Shown: one piece after another, positions 45,686 through 63,355 of the stretch
How positions within the stretch are numbered: position 1 is the stretch's first letter
How the letters are laid out: each line of letters starts with the position of its first letter
From: Marsupella aquatica
Taxonomy: Eukaryota > Plantae > Marchantiophyta
NCBI GenBank assembly: GCA_973895155.1
Contig: OZ316891.1
Coordinates: 10,913,875-10,977,874 of the forward strand
DNA length: 64,000 nt
Direction of reading: 5' to 3'
Position numbers and translations under genes: made by a program
The notes under the pieces: generated by a model
What the model was told of the DNA's origin: nothing
Databases searched by the model: none
Seen by the model: the letters and a program-made list of their open reading frames with translations, nothing else

Positions 45686-48476
45686 AACTGCCAATGTTTT
45701 TTCCCTCTATAGCCAGTTTTATAATTACTAGTGCTAGTACTAGTACACACGTGTAGAAGTTTTCTCCCCCTAGCATACACGTGGTTTTAGAATGTTTGTT
45801 CCCTTTGGCCAGTTTTATTAGCACTCAAGTAGTGTACACGTGTAGAATTTTTTACCCTATTATAAACACTAAGAGACAAGTTGGTTCGATGGAGCTTTGT
45901 ATTCTTTTCTTTTTTGGAGAGACTTGAATATTCACTAGCGCAGTTGTGTAGATAGGAGTTTTATATACACTTTTTTGGAGAATTTAACATTTAATAATAA
46001 ATGCACAATTTTGAGAAAGAAATTTTATATCGTTCCTTTTGGAGAGTTGTATATTTATTTGCCTAGTTGTGTGTTGAAGGGAAGTTTATGTTCTTCTTTC
46101 AGTGGTTTTTTCCTCACTTCAATGATATCTGGAGTTTAGGTGAATTATATGTGTATCCTGTACTCCACTGACTGACAACTTTTGACTGTAAGTCGCCACT
46201 GTCTCCAAACCTATGGCATGTTCAAATGTATTTTTAAAGGTTTAGCCTATGGCATGTTCAAATGTACTTTTAAAGGTTTATATTACTTATTTGATTATTT
46301 TTCTGATAGTCAGATCTCCTTAGATTTGAGAATGACCTTTGAATGACCTTTAGATTGACCTTTAGATTCTGGCTATGGGACCAGGTGGAACACTGGCAAA
46401 TGAGACAGAAAAATACTAGCTAATTTTTGCCACTAATGGCAAAGCTTTTTGTGGAGGTGTAAATTGGTGAACTTTTGACACTAAAAAGAAAAGCCGGCAT
46501 GTTGGCCTTCAGATTGTTCTCTCAATCTCATGTGTTCACTTTGAATAGAATGTCTTGCAGAAACTGGCACCTTCCTTTGTTTCATGTTGGAACCCTACTT
46601 AGTACTCATTTTGGTGTTGAAATAGGATTGGTAACGTCCAGTTGTTTTGAAGCCACTCACATAATCTCGCGTCTTACACATGTTTTTCTGCTGATTAGCT
46701 TGGGCTGTAGATGAAAACACAGTGGACTTCATGTTCTCCTAGTTTGAGGGGGAAATTCTTGTAAAAACACGTTCAGCTACGGAGGCATGTGGCTAACCTG
46801 AGGCAGGAATTAATCAAGAAATACACATGAATGGCTCTTTGGCAGGCTCTTAGTCACAAATCAATCAATAGCAATAGATGAAAAGTGCTCCTTGGTAGAA
46901 AACAATCAGATCAGGTTTTTTTGCACCTTGGGGAATCAGCTACCAAAAGTCGTAAAAACCACCTCCAATCCAAAAGAAATATTTTTTAGATGCATTTGCA
47001 AGTGTTGTCTAAAGTATAAGAGATCAAACAAAGTATTATGAATTCAAAATTTGAGAAAATGGCCTGATAAGTACCCTTTATAAATTAAAACAAACCATTC
47101 AATTCAAAGACATCAAAAACTAGAATTGTGGTATTTAAATCAGGCCAGCATCACGGGTGGTATCCAAACATCTACATTCGGTTTACTTTTCTCCAACTTC
47201 ACCGCCTCTCGTCATGCAGTATCCTCATCAAGGACACCATCCAGTAAAGCCAAACTAACAATCTGTGGCGAGAGCCAAAACCCACAGCAAATTGTCGCTT
47301 TGCCTTCGAAGAAATATCTTAGAAGTGACAGGCCAAAACCACTGGACACACTATGGCAGACAACTGCAACTTTTCATTCCAGTGTGTCTGGCAGCAGGAA
47401 GGGTAGGAACCATGAGCTTACTCGCACAGGTTACTCAACAGCCCAGCTGTACCTGTGTTGCACACTTTTGGAAATACAAAGCATATTCAATCAGAATACA
47501 TCGATCAGACAAATCAAAAACTCTCTTGATCCAGGATTTGAGCCATACTTACAAAGCTTCCCAATTCCCTGGTGCAGAGAGCAATTAAACTTAAGAAAGC
47601 TGAATCGGACTACCATTAATTCCGGGGAATTGGTGCGAGTGCTTGATCCCACTAGTGCGAGACAAGCTACTGTCACCTTCTTATCAACAGGCACACACTT
47701 TGCCTATATATTTTTGCCATTGAAAATTTTCTAATCAATAAAAGAATGAATACAGCTTGAATATCTCACCTGACCTAGGCCTGCTGTTATCGATAAAAGG
47801 AGACCAACTCTGGTTGTCTGTGAGGTGATTGTGCATGAACCGTCCTCAAATGGATATGTCAGGCTAGACTCTCTAACCGCACTGATTGGTACAACCTGCA
47901 GACTTCCAAGGACGCACATCCGTAGATCTTGCCTCAACCCGCAAACAATTATCATCCAAGTGAATATATCACCTGGTGACTGAAGAGACCAGATGTGAAC
48001 GAGCTTTACTCACCTACATCACCATCATCGCCTCTTCTTAGCTCAACCCCAGAATAGCTTTCATTGCTAATAATTGATTGACACTAAAGCAAAGGACCTG
48101 CAATTGGAACAGAGACAGACATGGTATTCATTCCAAGTTGGCCTTTACGTACTTTCCCCACTATCACTCCGTCACAGACAAGTTGTCATCCAGTAGCATA
48201 ATGTCCACTGCAGGAATTTGACTGTCTGGGAACGATAATTCTTCTGTTCAGCATCATCTTCTCGTCCATGTCAAAGAATTATAAATTCGCGCGGGATGGA
48301 CGTCTCTCCTGTCCACCCAAAGACGACTTGAAGTTCGTAGATGGCATGAAACAATCCATCAGTGTAGAAGGAAGCTTTGCATGCCAGACAGGAAGAGCAT
48401 TGCCCAATCAACTTAGCCAAGATTTCGCTCCCATACCCTCTATTAACGTGCCCACAAAAAACCTCTATGGGAAAGA

Positions 48477-51400
48477 TTATCTTCTTCGGGATTCACTACT
48501 CGGCTTTTCCCGTGAATCATCATCCCCTCCATAGCTATCCCTCTTAGGTTCCAGTTGCGGGGCCCTGTCTTCCTCCCTAGTTTTAATATTTGCATCCCGC
48601 ACTTCAGTCTGTTTGCTCTGCTCTGCAAGATGAAGTTGTATCTGATGATCTTTCTGTTGAATCTGTCTCTGCAAAAGGTAAATCTGGAACATAACACCAA
48701 ACGTTAAATCAAACAGAAAGAGTCTATTTATGGTAGGTAAATGGAATATCAGAAGCCACTAATTGCCGGTAACTTGAGAGTACAAACGTTTTTAGAAGAT
48801 GAGAGAGATAAGAGATGAACTGTGCAATAACACAAATAAACTGATAACCATCTCCAAACCAAGGGCTAGCACTTACAGTCTGCTGTGACCGCTCTGCTTC
48901 AAAGTTGAGATCCTCCACGTATTCAAAAAGCTCTGGAATGTGAATGAAGGTCAAGTAGGTTACAATAGCCTTGAGGGACAAAGAACGGAGCAAAAAAAAG
49001 GAACGCAAAAGTCTGCCAAGTACATGGACAGGAACAGTTTCTATGCATGTATCTTTGAGATTCAGGAAAAGCCTTGTTTAGCTTTACCTTGGTATCCACG
49101 TCTCAGTTCCAGAGTAAGAGACTTCTGCATTGCCAGCTTTGTGCCAAGTTCATGCATCTGTCACACACATGAAAGTCGAGATTAGCTTGCAATGTTCAGA
49201 ATACCTTTCCCAAGATATGTACAAGCTAGAACATTCAAATGTGGCCGCTAGTTCAAATAAGCACCACTGAGACATCACCAACCTTTCCCTCGGAGGCCTC
49301 GCGGCCAATCTCCTCGTTCTCTTCCTGCAAAGTGCGGCACTTGGCCATCAACATTTTTCCGTTTTTACTGTGAGGAGTGAACTGCACTGCGGCAAGGTCG
49401 TCTTGAAGCTCTTTCACTTTCTTCTCTGCGGCTTCAAGCTCTTTCTGCACGAAACGAATCCAGATAAGTCTGTAGATATCTTCGCTCCTTTAGAGGGCTA
49501 ATTAGCCCTTGGAAGATTTCTTAGCATACATGCCCAGTGAGAATGGTTATACCTTCATCCGCGTAAATTCAGCATGTATAGCCGGATCAAGTAGTAACCG
49601 GCGTGCCTATCAAATGCAAAACAGTTGGTGAGCCAAGATCAAAACGCTTAGAATCATATAGATCTTTGAAAATGCGGAAGAGAACACACAAAACTGGCAC
49701 AGAATGGAAGCTGCTAAGGTACCTGCAACATCGGCGGCTTCAGCATGAGTCTCAAATCTTGTACCATCGACTGCACACAACCAACGAATCCACACCAGGA
49801 TCAGAATTCCTCCCTATCAACATCATGTGCTTGGAATACGCAAAATATGAAACCGAAGAGGAAGAAGTAGACTCATACTATGTGAGAAATTGATAGTTCG
49901 CTTACATGAGTGATATCAGTCGTTAGACAATGCCCCGAACGCTTTCGGCTAAAAACAACCACTCCCCGGGTATTCCTCTCACTCACCGCAGTAAAAAAAC
50001 TACAAAGTATGAAGCTCCCTTTCTTCTCATCGCTTGTATTCACTATACTGGGTACTCTTCATTGCCTTCATGAAGCTAGCAAAATCAAAGCAATTTAGAA
50101 TCGGATAAATGCTGTCACGACGTACCTACGGTTGTGCCATATGTGATCACACTCAAAGCATTACAGACGAGATCAAGAACTGCCTCACCTTTAGGTCTAC
50201 TATCTCTTGTTCCTTTCCTGCAAGTTTCACGAGCATAGCCCCCTCCCTACGTTTTGCACTCAAGAGCTGCCAATAGAGGAAAAAGGGTATCAATAGTTCG
50301 TACTACAAGATTGAACAGAATTTTAGAAGAAGCACAATGAATGCTCTTCGCATACAAAACGGAAGAAGAGTCGAACATGTATGAGGAAATTGATCTTAAG
50401 TAATGCATAGGCAAGCCTGAAACAGGTCTATCGATCTCGGACCTAAAACTGAATAGTTAAATTAAAATCGCACAGGCAGAGGAAATTTCTGCATTGCATG
50501 ACTCATAGCACGTTACATGGCCTTGCCCTAGTGTCCACTCGCTTCTTGCTTGCATGCCAAGAGTCCTATGGCTGTTACCACTCTCGTCTAGATGCAATCC
50601 ATTGCATGTATAACAACCAGATTCTCGATTACAAAGCAAAGTTGGTCATCACCTGTTCTTTCAGTTGCACTTCGGACGCTTGGAGTCTCTTAAAAGCCTC
50701 CAGGACGACATCTGGCTCTGTTAAGAAGATGAAGCAAAGACGAGAACATATACTGAGGATGCAACGATATTCATACATTCCAAACAGAGAAGACATGGAC
50801 TAAACAGGGTGCAGTTTGTTCAAGAAAAGAACGGGTGCGTACGTGCTTTCAGTATCAAATTCCACAAAACCGTGATCTCGCATTTACACAATGCCACTGT
50901 AGAATTTGTTTGGAAATCAGAAACTTGCTAGGAATACTGCACGAACTCACCAGGATAGGCAATCAAGGGCAGAAGAGATTCGACGTGGAAGGTAGCTCGC
51001 CATTTTTCCACGTCTCCATTAACTTTCTTGAGGTCTTTCTGAAAAAATACAGAACAAGAGTTAAGAAATATCTTCAATTGTCACCCAAAACATTCCACAG
51101 TTCAAGTAACTCACTGACTGGACCTCACTTCAAAACTATGATTCGCTTGGTAGCAACGACTGAACCAATTAAACATAGTTGTGAACGAAAATGAAAGTCA
51201 CTGGACGAAATATCAATTTAGAGTCCCACCTGCAATTTCGCTATTGTGCTGTCTCGCTCCTCCAAACTGATTTCCAAGAATTACACCCAAGCCCGTGTTT
51301 AAACCAAACACACAAAAGAAGGAAAGGGGGGACACAAAGAACTTCCATAAACAAAGTCTACTTTGTGAGCTTCTACGAGCAAGTATCCTCAAAGGGCACC

Positions 51401-52651
51401 AGGAAGAGCTGCATTTAAATTCTGCCATCAACCTGTCAGATAAAACTAAGATTAGGGAAATAAAGACTGCCCGCAGGCTTGTTGCCCATTATACCTGGCA
51501 CGCAAGTTGAGTATGGTTGTAGTGGCATGATCGTTTCCAACCACGGTACTGGCATACATCTGGGAGGAACATTCATATATCGGCATTTAATGAGAAGGAT
51601 ACTCTCCTAATCCCAGAATGTCATTCAACAGATCCATAAACGGCTATGTAGAATTCAGAAAATTTTAGATTGTATAGAAAAATCCTAGCTAGAAAAACCC
51701 ATACTTTCTTTGCAGGGTAGATGTCGACATCTTCATCGTCATCCTCCAGTTCCATGAAAGCTCTCTTCGCACCTGTAGCAAACGGGTTGGAAAATCAAGA
51801 CGTCTGTCTCACACACCCATCTCAGACTGAAGGCTACGCGAGGTGTAAGTGCTCGGTCGAAGGAGTGAGTTTGTCCCTTGCCTTGACAGCCACTCCAACC
51901 TAATGTCCGATGAAACTTGCGAGTAACTCGAGAAAAAACTCACTCGCCGACAACCTACTCCTTACGACTGATGACCAACTTCTTAGCGAAATTGCGTGCA
52001 GGCAGTACTGGTTAAGCTTTTCATTTTATTGCGAATCAGAATGCAATGCACATAGGTCGCTGAAGCATTGCCTCTACCGCTAACTTTCGAAATCCATATC
52101 TTCCAAAACATTTTGGTCCTTCTATTCGACGCCCTCGCATCATGTCCAATCAACCAACTGAGCTACTAGGCTCAGCGCATGCCTATGCCGTTTCCAAAGT
52201 AGAGAAGACTGATTCTGATTCTAAAATGCAGTGAGAGAAGAGTTTATGTGACCTACCTGGCTTTGCATTCTCATCTCCGTCGTCTCCACCAAAATCGAAG
52301 TCATCCTGAAAAAAAGGTAAATTAACCTTGATGTGTAGAAAGCCCAACGTTGCCAACCACTGAAAAGAAACAGGAGCAGACTTTCCCAAGAATTTTTCTG
52401 CGCCAAATCCAGGAGCTGCCGACTCCAGGCACTCCATCTTCGGAGTTCACCTGCAGAAGTCGCAGGAAGAAAGGGCAGAAGCCAAACCAAGAAATTGACT
52501 ACACCAGTACAAAGCACGACAATCTCCGCGCCGCTGCTGGTCTTGCCCTGCCTCCAAGAGCTTTTTGTGAAGCCAAAACCAAACGGCGTACCAGAATTTG
52601 AAAATGTAGAGGTTCCAAGCCACTTACATCGTAAAACGTGGGATTGGCCAT
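48477..52651 (-). CDS. FIP37: FIP37/WTAP, m6A writer complex subunit, ~14 exons
   Basis: Exons give MANPTFYD|DDFDFGGDD..., GAKRAFMELEDDDED, TILNLRAS, VEKWRATF, LQASEVQLKEQ, AKRREGAMLVKLAGKEQEIVDLK, ARRLLLDPAIHAEFTRMK, AVQFTPHSKNGKMLMAKCRTLQEENEEIG, MHELGTKLAMQKS and EAERSQQT, all with GT-AG boundaries. Confidence 0.95.
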
Positions 52652-52783
52652 CGCAGAAGGACTCTTCGACCTCGTTCGCTCCGTGTCCGCTACTGTCGAC
52701 GCAGACTGCTACCGAATTGCTCCGAATAGCTTCATGCTCCGATTAGCTTCTGCGAGACAACACCACCATAGTCGAGGTACTTC

Positions 52784-53125
52784 CTTGATGGACCCACAAA
52801 CCAAACTTTTCTCCCCAACCAATCCTGCCCCATATGAGGTTTTGAGTACATTGCTTTAAAATTCTATCAAAGGTGTGATTTAAAGTCTATCAACGGTGTC
52901 GATCACTCAGGGGTCCCTTGATGGACCCACAAACCAAACTTTTGTCCTCAACCAACCCAGCCCCATGAGCTTTTGAGTACATTTATTTTAAGGTCTATTA
53001 ACCGTTTGGGGGGTCACTCAAGGATCACATCAAAATATTTGCTTGATGGACCCCAAAGGAAGCTTTTCTTCCCAACCAACCCATTAGGTTTTGAGTACTA
53101 TGATTCAAGGTCTATTAAGGGTTTG
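52784..53125. repeat. ~130-bp tandem repeat, 3 copies, just upstream of FIP37
   Basis: TTGATGGACCC...CTTTT...CAACCAA...TTTTGAGTAC...TCTAT recurs near 52784, 52918 and 53043. Confidence 0.8.
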
Positions 53126-53334
53126 GACCCCTCATTTTGGGGTCCATGAGGCATATACCTCCCTCCTAATCCAGGCAGGCAAAAAATGCAGTACACTTAG
53201 GAGAGTGCCTTTGTATATGATAGTCTCCCACTCTACCTAAGTGCACATTCTCAGGACAAAGCATCTGTTGTGCACTTAATGCGGCTTTGCACTATGTCAT
53301 AAGTTCGGTCTCTTGTTCAATGCAAATAACACCA

Positions 53335-53790
53335 GCGTGTTGGTTGGCTATGTAGATCCTAACTATGGACAATTTTGGCTGGCTATGTCAATTTGATTAA
53401 GGGCAATGTCTGGATTGGAGAAAATTGACAACATGGTACATGTGTTCACTCTTGGTAGTGGGTGCCTAAGTTGGAAACCAATTTTACAAAACTGTATAGC
53501 CTAGTCACTAAGGTAGCTGAATATGTTGCAACAGCGAAGCAGCTAAAGAAGCTATATGATTGAATAGGTTAGTCACGGATATGGGATTGCCACATGGGAA
53601 TGTAAATCTTCATTGTGATAGTTAGTGTTTTGCATCTTGTAGTGAACCAGATGATGGACACTAGAGTGAAGCACATTAATGTCAAGTATCATCTTTTGAG
53701 AAAGGTTGTGTTTGATAGGATGGTAAACTCAATCTAATTGACACTTTTACCAAAGTGATCCTTAGAAGAGTTTCTTAGACATCGGGCCAT
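53335..53790 (+). mobile_element. Decayed Copia RNase H remnant
   Basis: Broken frames give LVGYVD, VFTLGSGCLSWK, AEYVA, AAKEAI*L, NLHCDS and RVKHINVKYH, with stops and frameshifts. Confidence 0.85.
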
Positions 53791-54531
53791 ATCACAAGGT
53801 GTACAATTATAATACAAGTAGTGTAATCCATTAATATTTTGTAATATCTTATATGTGCTCCGAAGAGACTGAGTTCCTTTATGTGGATGAGCTGATTGCC
53901 GAGCTGATTGGGGGCCGGGGCCGGCATAACCGGCTGTGACACATGTCAGATGTCGGGGTCTAGACCCCGCATTTGTTGCACAAGTTCAAACCGGGAAATA
54001 TGTTGCTTGAAATGAAATGATTACTTGATGAAATGGTATTGAAAGGGCAATGAAACAACACAAAACTATTTCAGAGTCCAAGCTAAACCAATAGTGATGT
54101 CACAATAATTCAACAATGAAATCACAATGATTTTACAATGTTGAGTCAGTGTCTATTTATGACATGTTTTTCAGTGTGGAAACAACATTGACAATTCATT
54201 GCATAATGATATGCAATATTGAAGGCAATCACAATTAAATCGGGAATTAAATATCACTGAAATGAAAGCTATTCAACAATTGAAACATGTTGATTCAATG
54301 ATGACACCACATCTATGTCAACTCCAAAACTATAATAGTGCAACAATGATCAATAGCTGATGATTCATTATATGACCACTAGCTAATATTGTCAAGTTGA
54401 ACAGATACTGATAAGACAATGAAATTGTATGAAAATCATTGTATATTTTACAATGAGTCCTTGCTTAAGCATTGTCAAATTTGTTGGTGTATGGAAAGTG
54501 ATGCCCATCAGCGATGAAAATGTGATAAATC

Positions 54532-54836
54532 CTCGGGGGTTTCACTTCCACAAAAATGACATATCACGTGTGACGAAAGATAGGGTCATTTTATTGGTTC
54601 TAAGGGAAGACTTAAGAATTTTTGTACAAGAACAATAGGGTCTTATAAATTCAATTTTGATACTTATAAGAACATTAGGGTCTTTTTAATCCAATTTTAC
54701 AATTTTTGGAATATTCCAAGAATATTCTAACTTTATAGGGGTTAAAAAACAAATTGTTTTTCTTACATTTTAGGGGATCTGAGGTCTAAAAACATCGCAG
54801 GTGATGGAGAGGTCTCCATATAGTGAGACCCCCGAG
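54532..54836. mobile_element. MITE with 8-bp TSD (hAT-like), 305 bp
   Basis: TIRs CTCGGGGGTTTCACT and AGTGAGACCCCCGAG (14/15 match). GATAAATC is duplicated at 54524-54531 and 54837-54844. Confidence 0.8.
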
Positions 54837-55149
54837 GATAAATCTATCCATGATGACACTACAATGATTAAACATGAAAAAAATCTGTGATGAAAATACT
54901 TCATTTAATGTTGAAAATCTCAACAATGAATCATCATTGAAGTACTTTGTGTGTAAATCAATATTACTTATACGTTGTGATGAAAACATCATGAAACCTT
55001 GCCGAATAGTATGGGTACCAATTTCCTGATGTCTTACTCATTCTTGTATAGATTACAACTTAGTTATGGTTTACTCTAGTTTAGAAAAAATAAATTGGTA
55101 TCGGTTTTTGTCCAAAATTTCCTAGTGAGTAATCATAAAGGTGGTACCA

Positions 55150-55480
55150 AAGTCAAAGGGGAATTTGTTAGACATTTACTCTTAGGTCTAGAGTGTTAGG
55201 CAGGCCATACTCAAGTACTTGGCTATGATTAGATATGCAACTATTGCTTACACTAGAAGGACTTAGTTAGGGGATGAAACTTAGGTTCATTGTTATAGTT
55301 AGGAGATAAGTAGAGCTTAATTATTATAGAAACTTGGTATAGTCGATGGACTTAGAGTTCAATAAAGCTCTCTTGTGTGTTTCAATGGATCTCACTCTAA
55401 GATTGTGGCTAATAGGTACTATGCTTGGTGGGAGATTGGGTAATGAAAACTAAAAACTCTGGCTACTCTTTGCCAAAAGT
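55150..55480 (+). mobile_element. Possible PPT + degenerate 3' LTR of the Copia remnant
   Basis: AAGTCAAAGGGGAATT followed by TGTTAG at 55166. The right end is not clearly defined. Confidence 0.4.
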
Positions 55481-55984
55481 GGCAAAGGTTTCTAGTGGAG
55501 GTGAAAGTTGGTGAACTAAAGCCACCCTCCAATAAACTGACCAGGGGAATGCTCAAAGGGAACTTGTGTGAAACCTGAAGACACAAGAAATCTACAATCT
55601 TGTAAAAAACCCCTTACCCCTATTCCCACCCCAACTTTCTAGCTCTAGTGTGTACTGGGCCATAGGGACAACCAGAGTTGCATATGCACTAGGCCAAAAG
55701 TTAATATTGTCTTTAAAAGCCCGTTTAAAGTTGAATGCATTATATGCCACATACCAAAATTCTGGATTTGATTTGTTTCTAATATAAAATGTAAACACTC
55801 ACAAATAAGTGCATTACATCCAAATGCTTAAATTATCTGTAAATAATTATGCATTGTGAATTTTTTTCCCAAGTTTCACAAACACTACGTACCTAAACTT
55901 CATGTTCTTTGTGATCTTGCTGTTTGTAATTTTCAGTGCACTCGTGGAGAAGAATGCACACTAAGATTCACCTCTTCTCTACTT

Positions 55985-56190
55985 TTAGTAGAAATAAAAA
56001 TATTCTTAGGCCTTTGAGTGTATTAAGGTCCTGTTACCACAGCATTATGGGTAATATTATAGGCCCCTCAAAACTAGAGCTATTCTTTATAGTAGAAATT
56101 AAAAAAATCTCTTAGGCCTTTAAATGTATTAATGTTCTTTTACCAGAGCATTATGGGCAATATTATATAGCCCCTCAAAACTAGAGCTAA
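55985..56190. repeat. ~105-bp tandem duplication
   Basis: TAGTAGAAAT...CTTAGGCCTTT...GCATTATGGG...CCCCTCAAAACTAGAGCTA occurs twice. Confidence 0.8.
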
Positions 56191-56277
56191 AGTAATGCCC
56201 CACAATGTCCTATACACAGAAAGTTACAACACTCTTTTGTCCTAGGGACTCATTCAATAATTACTTATTTATTGTGT

Positions 56278-56612
56278 TGACTTGATAGTCCCTAAAGTAG
56301 TAAGAGAACAAGGATAAAGTTCAAGAGAGAAAGAAAGAAAACTTGATAGTCCCTAAGATAGTAAGAGAACAAGGATGAAGTTCAAGAGAGAAAGAGAGAG
56401 AAACTTGATGGTCCCTGAAGTAGTAAGAGAACAAGGATGAAATCCAAGTGAGAGATAGAGAGAAAATTTGATAGTCCCAAAGGTAGTAAGAGAACAAGGA
56501 TGAAGTTCAAGATAGAAAGAGAGAAAACTTGATAGTCCCTAAGTAGTAAGAAAACAAGGATGAAATCCAAGAGAGAAAGAGAGAAAACTTGATAGTTACT
56601 AAGGTAGTAAGT
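56278..56612. repeat. ~62-bp tandem repeat, 5-6 copies
   Basis: CTTGATAGTCCCTAA.GTAGTAAGAGAACAAGGATGAA.T.CAAGAGAGAAAGAGAGAAAA units. Confidence 0.9.
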
Positions 56613-56814
56613 GTACACTAAAGTCTTGTTTGGAGGGCATTATGGGATAGAATGCCCCTAAAAAGGAGAGCTTCAGCTCAAGTTTCAAGGGGCTAATATT
56701 GCCCATGATGCTCCAAAAACAGGACCATAGTACACTGATTAAAGGCCTGAAAGACTTTTTTGAACTCCAATAGTAGAGAAAGTTTTTACTCAAGATGATT
56801 CAGATCTTGAGGCT

Positions 56815-56970
56815 GCATTATGCTTGAGAATGCCCTAAAAATACAAAGAAAAATAATTCACAAAGGGCATCATGCTAGAGAATGCCCTAAAAATACAAAG
56901 AAAAAAATCACAAAGGGCATCATGCTAGAGAATGCCCAAAAAAAACACACAGAAAAATCATAAAGGCGTA
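56815..56970. repeat. ~51-bp tandem repeat, 3 copies, with a further copy at ~58233-58295
   Basis: GGGCATCATGCTAGAGAATGCCCTAAAAATACAAAGAAAAA units. Confidence 0.8.
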
Positions 56971-58391
56971 AGAGAACAAGGATGAAATTCAAGAGAGATA
57001 ATTATATATGCACATACATATCTTCACACCCCGATAAACATCAGGTCCGATTGTTACAAATGCACATACCCATTACAAATATTTCATAAATCCATACATA
57101 AGTCCCATAAGTCCCATACACATCGATATAATTACTCCGCAGATTGCGCGTGAACACATAGAGCTTGTAGTGCTTGAAACAATAAATCTCATATACCATC
57201 ATCAACGTAAATCAATATATGTATGTCCAATGTCTAGTGTATAACAGAGGACAGGTGTAAAGAGCGCATATCTATGCTACGACATCCAGTGCAATCAATT
57301 GCACAAGGGATTGCAAGATGACAGACAGCGTACTCAAATGTCAAGTCAGGGACACTGAGCATAGGCCATACTTTTTCCCTAGGGATCATGTGACCGAAAT
57401 GATCCACATACCTGGTGCCTTCATTCAGCCCCCGTCCCTGGGCAAAAATAAAACAAAAATGTGTGATTTCATGTCCCATGTTTCTGTAGCGTTGTCCGGA
57501 CTGCTACGGGGAGACATGGGCTAGGGAAAACCGAGTCATGCCACATCATATTTATGCATTGGCCCTGTTCTAGTTGCTAACAAACAAAATGTCAGAATGT
57601 AATGCGAATATAGATGTTACCGTCGTATGCAATAGGGCATATTCACCTTTTTGGACTTGTCACCCATTGTGCACCACCAGTCAATCTGGTCCGGACAGCA
57701 GTCGTTTCCCTCCACGATCACAGCACAGAGCTGTAGACATGATGTACACCAGGCTGTAGAATATTGTTTGCAAAAATCCCAGAGCTTGCACGAGCAGCCC
57801 ACCGTGTATGCACTGTTTACCTCGGGATAGATTCTCAGCATAGAACGTAAGCTAGATGGAGCATCTTACTAGTCATCACGAGAATAGCAGCGTCTTTGCT
57901 TTGGCGGCGCTTTTTAGGGTATGGTTCCCAGGTCCCTATTCTGGGGCAAACTTCTGTTTGGAGGGCCTCGATAGCCCTATTTTGTTTATACGGACAGGGT
58001 TTCAAGGGATATAGTGCACTGGGGGTTATCCCCTCCTAAACATTAGGATGATGACTGTCGTTGCATCCATAGTGCTGAGTCTATTTGGCTGTCTTGATGT
58101 CGCGTCCATGCTCTTCTTATGAGAGAGAGAGATTATTGCCTGCTCCCAAAACACTATCTTAGTGCACTTAATAATTATTGGCCGGAGCTATCTTAATTTT
58201 TCCAACCTTTAGTAAGAGTTCAGAAAGTCGAGTGGGCATTATGCTCGAGAATGCCCTAAAAAATACAAAGAGAAAAATCATGAAGGGGCAATATTAACAC
58301 GAGAGAGAGAGAAAGAATGAGAGAAAGAGAGAGCAGGAGAGAAGCAACAAAAGCACCAGCGAGACGAGAGAGACAGACAGTGAAAGTGGAA

Positions 58392-58465
58392 ATTTGAGAT
58401 CCAAGCAAGGAGGAGATTTGAGATCCAAGCAAAGAGGAGAATTGAGATCCAAGCAACGAGGAAAG
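58392..58465. repeat. 24-bp tandem repeat x3 in the ATG6 5' region
   Basis: TTGAGATCCAAGCAA.GAGGA occurs three times. Confidence 0.85.
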
Positions 58466-59077
58466 CGAGAGCGATGGAAGCTGAACCATTCGTCTTACAC
58501 AGACGGAGACAGACAAGCACTCCAGTACTGTAGCGTGCTCCCCATCGCAAAAGCGAGTGGAAACATAATCATTATAGCGTCACCGCCCTTCGTCATCATC
58601 ATCAGCAGCAGCAACCGAGAAAGAGAGAAGTCCACGGCGTCATACAAACAATTCGCAAGAAAGCAAGCAAAGAAACAAGCGAGCCAGCACAGCGGAGAAG
58701 AGGCCCTGATTTAAGACTTCAGCACCATAGTTGGAGAAGCGGAAAGGAGCGAGGAACGAAAGGAAGGGAGCAGAGGAGAAGGAACTATGGGGAGGTGATT
58801 ATCACTGCCACAAGTTTCTGGATTGGATTGTTGTTTCCAGTAACGGGACGACGCAAGCGAGCAGTGGAAGAGAATTGGAGAGCGGAATTGAAAGCAGAAG
58901 AGCCCAAGAGGATATCTTTGTCGCGCAGATGACGATGACCATTGTGGGAAGAGCAGCACGGCGAAGAAGAGAGAATAAAAAATAGGTATTGAGGGAATAG
59001 GTTGAGAATCTATGGCGTGGGGATGAGAATACGGTCTGCTACATGAGTGGAGGAGTCCGTGTTGAGTAGTGAGCGAG

Positions 59078-63355
<4,278 letters not shown>

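Noticed and set aside
47126-47734. 202-aa plus-strand ORF
   Set aside because: Non-ATG start, no domain similarity, and it lies antisense to the FIP37 3' region.
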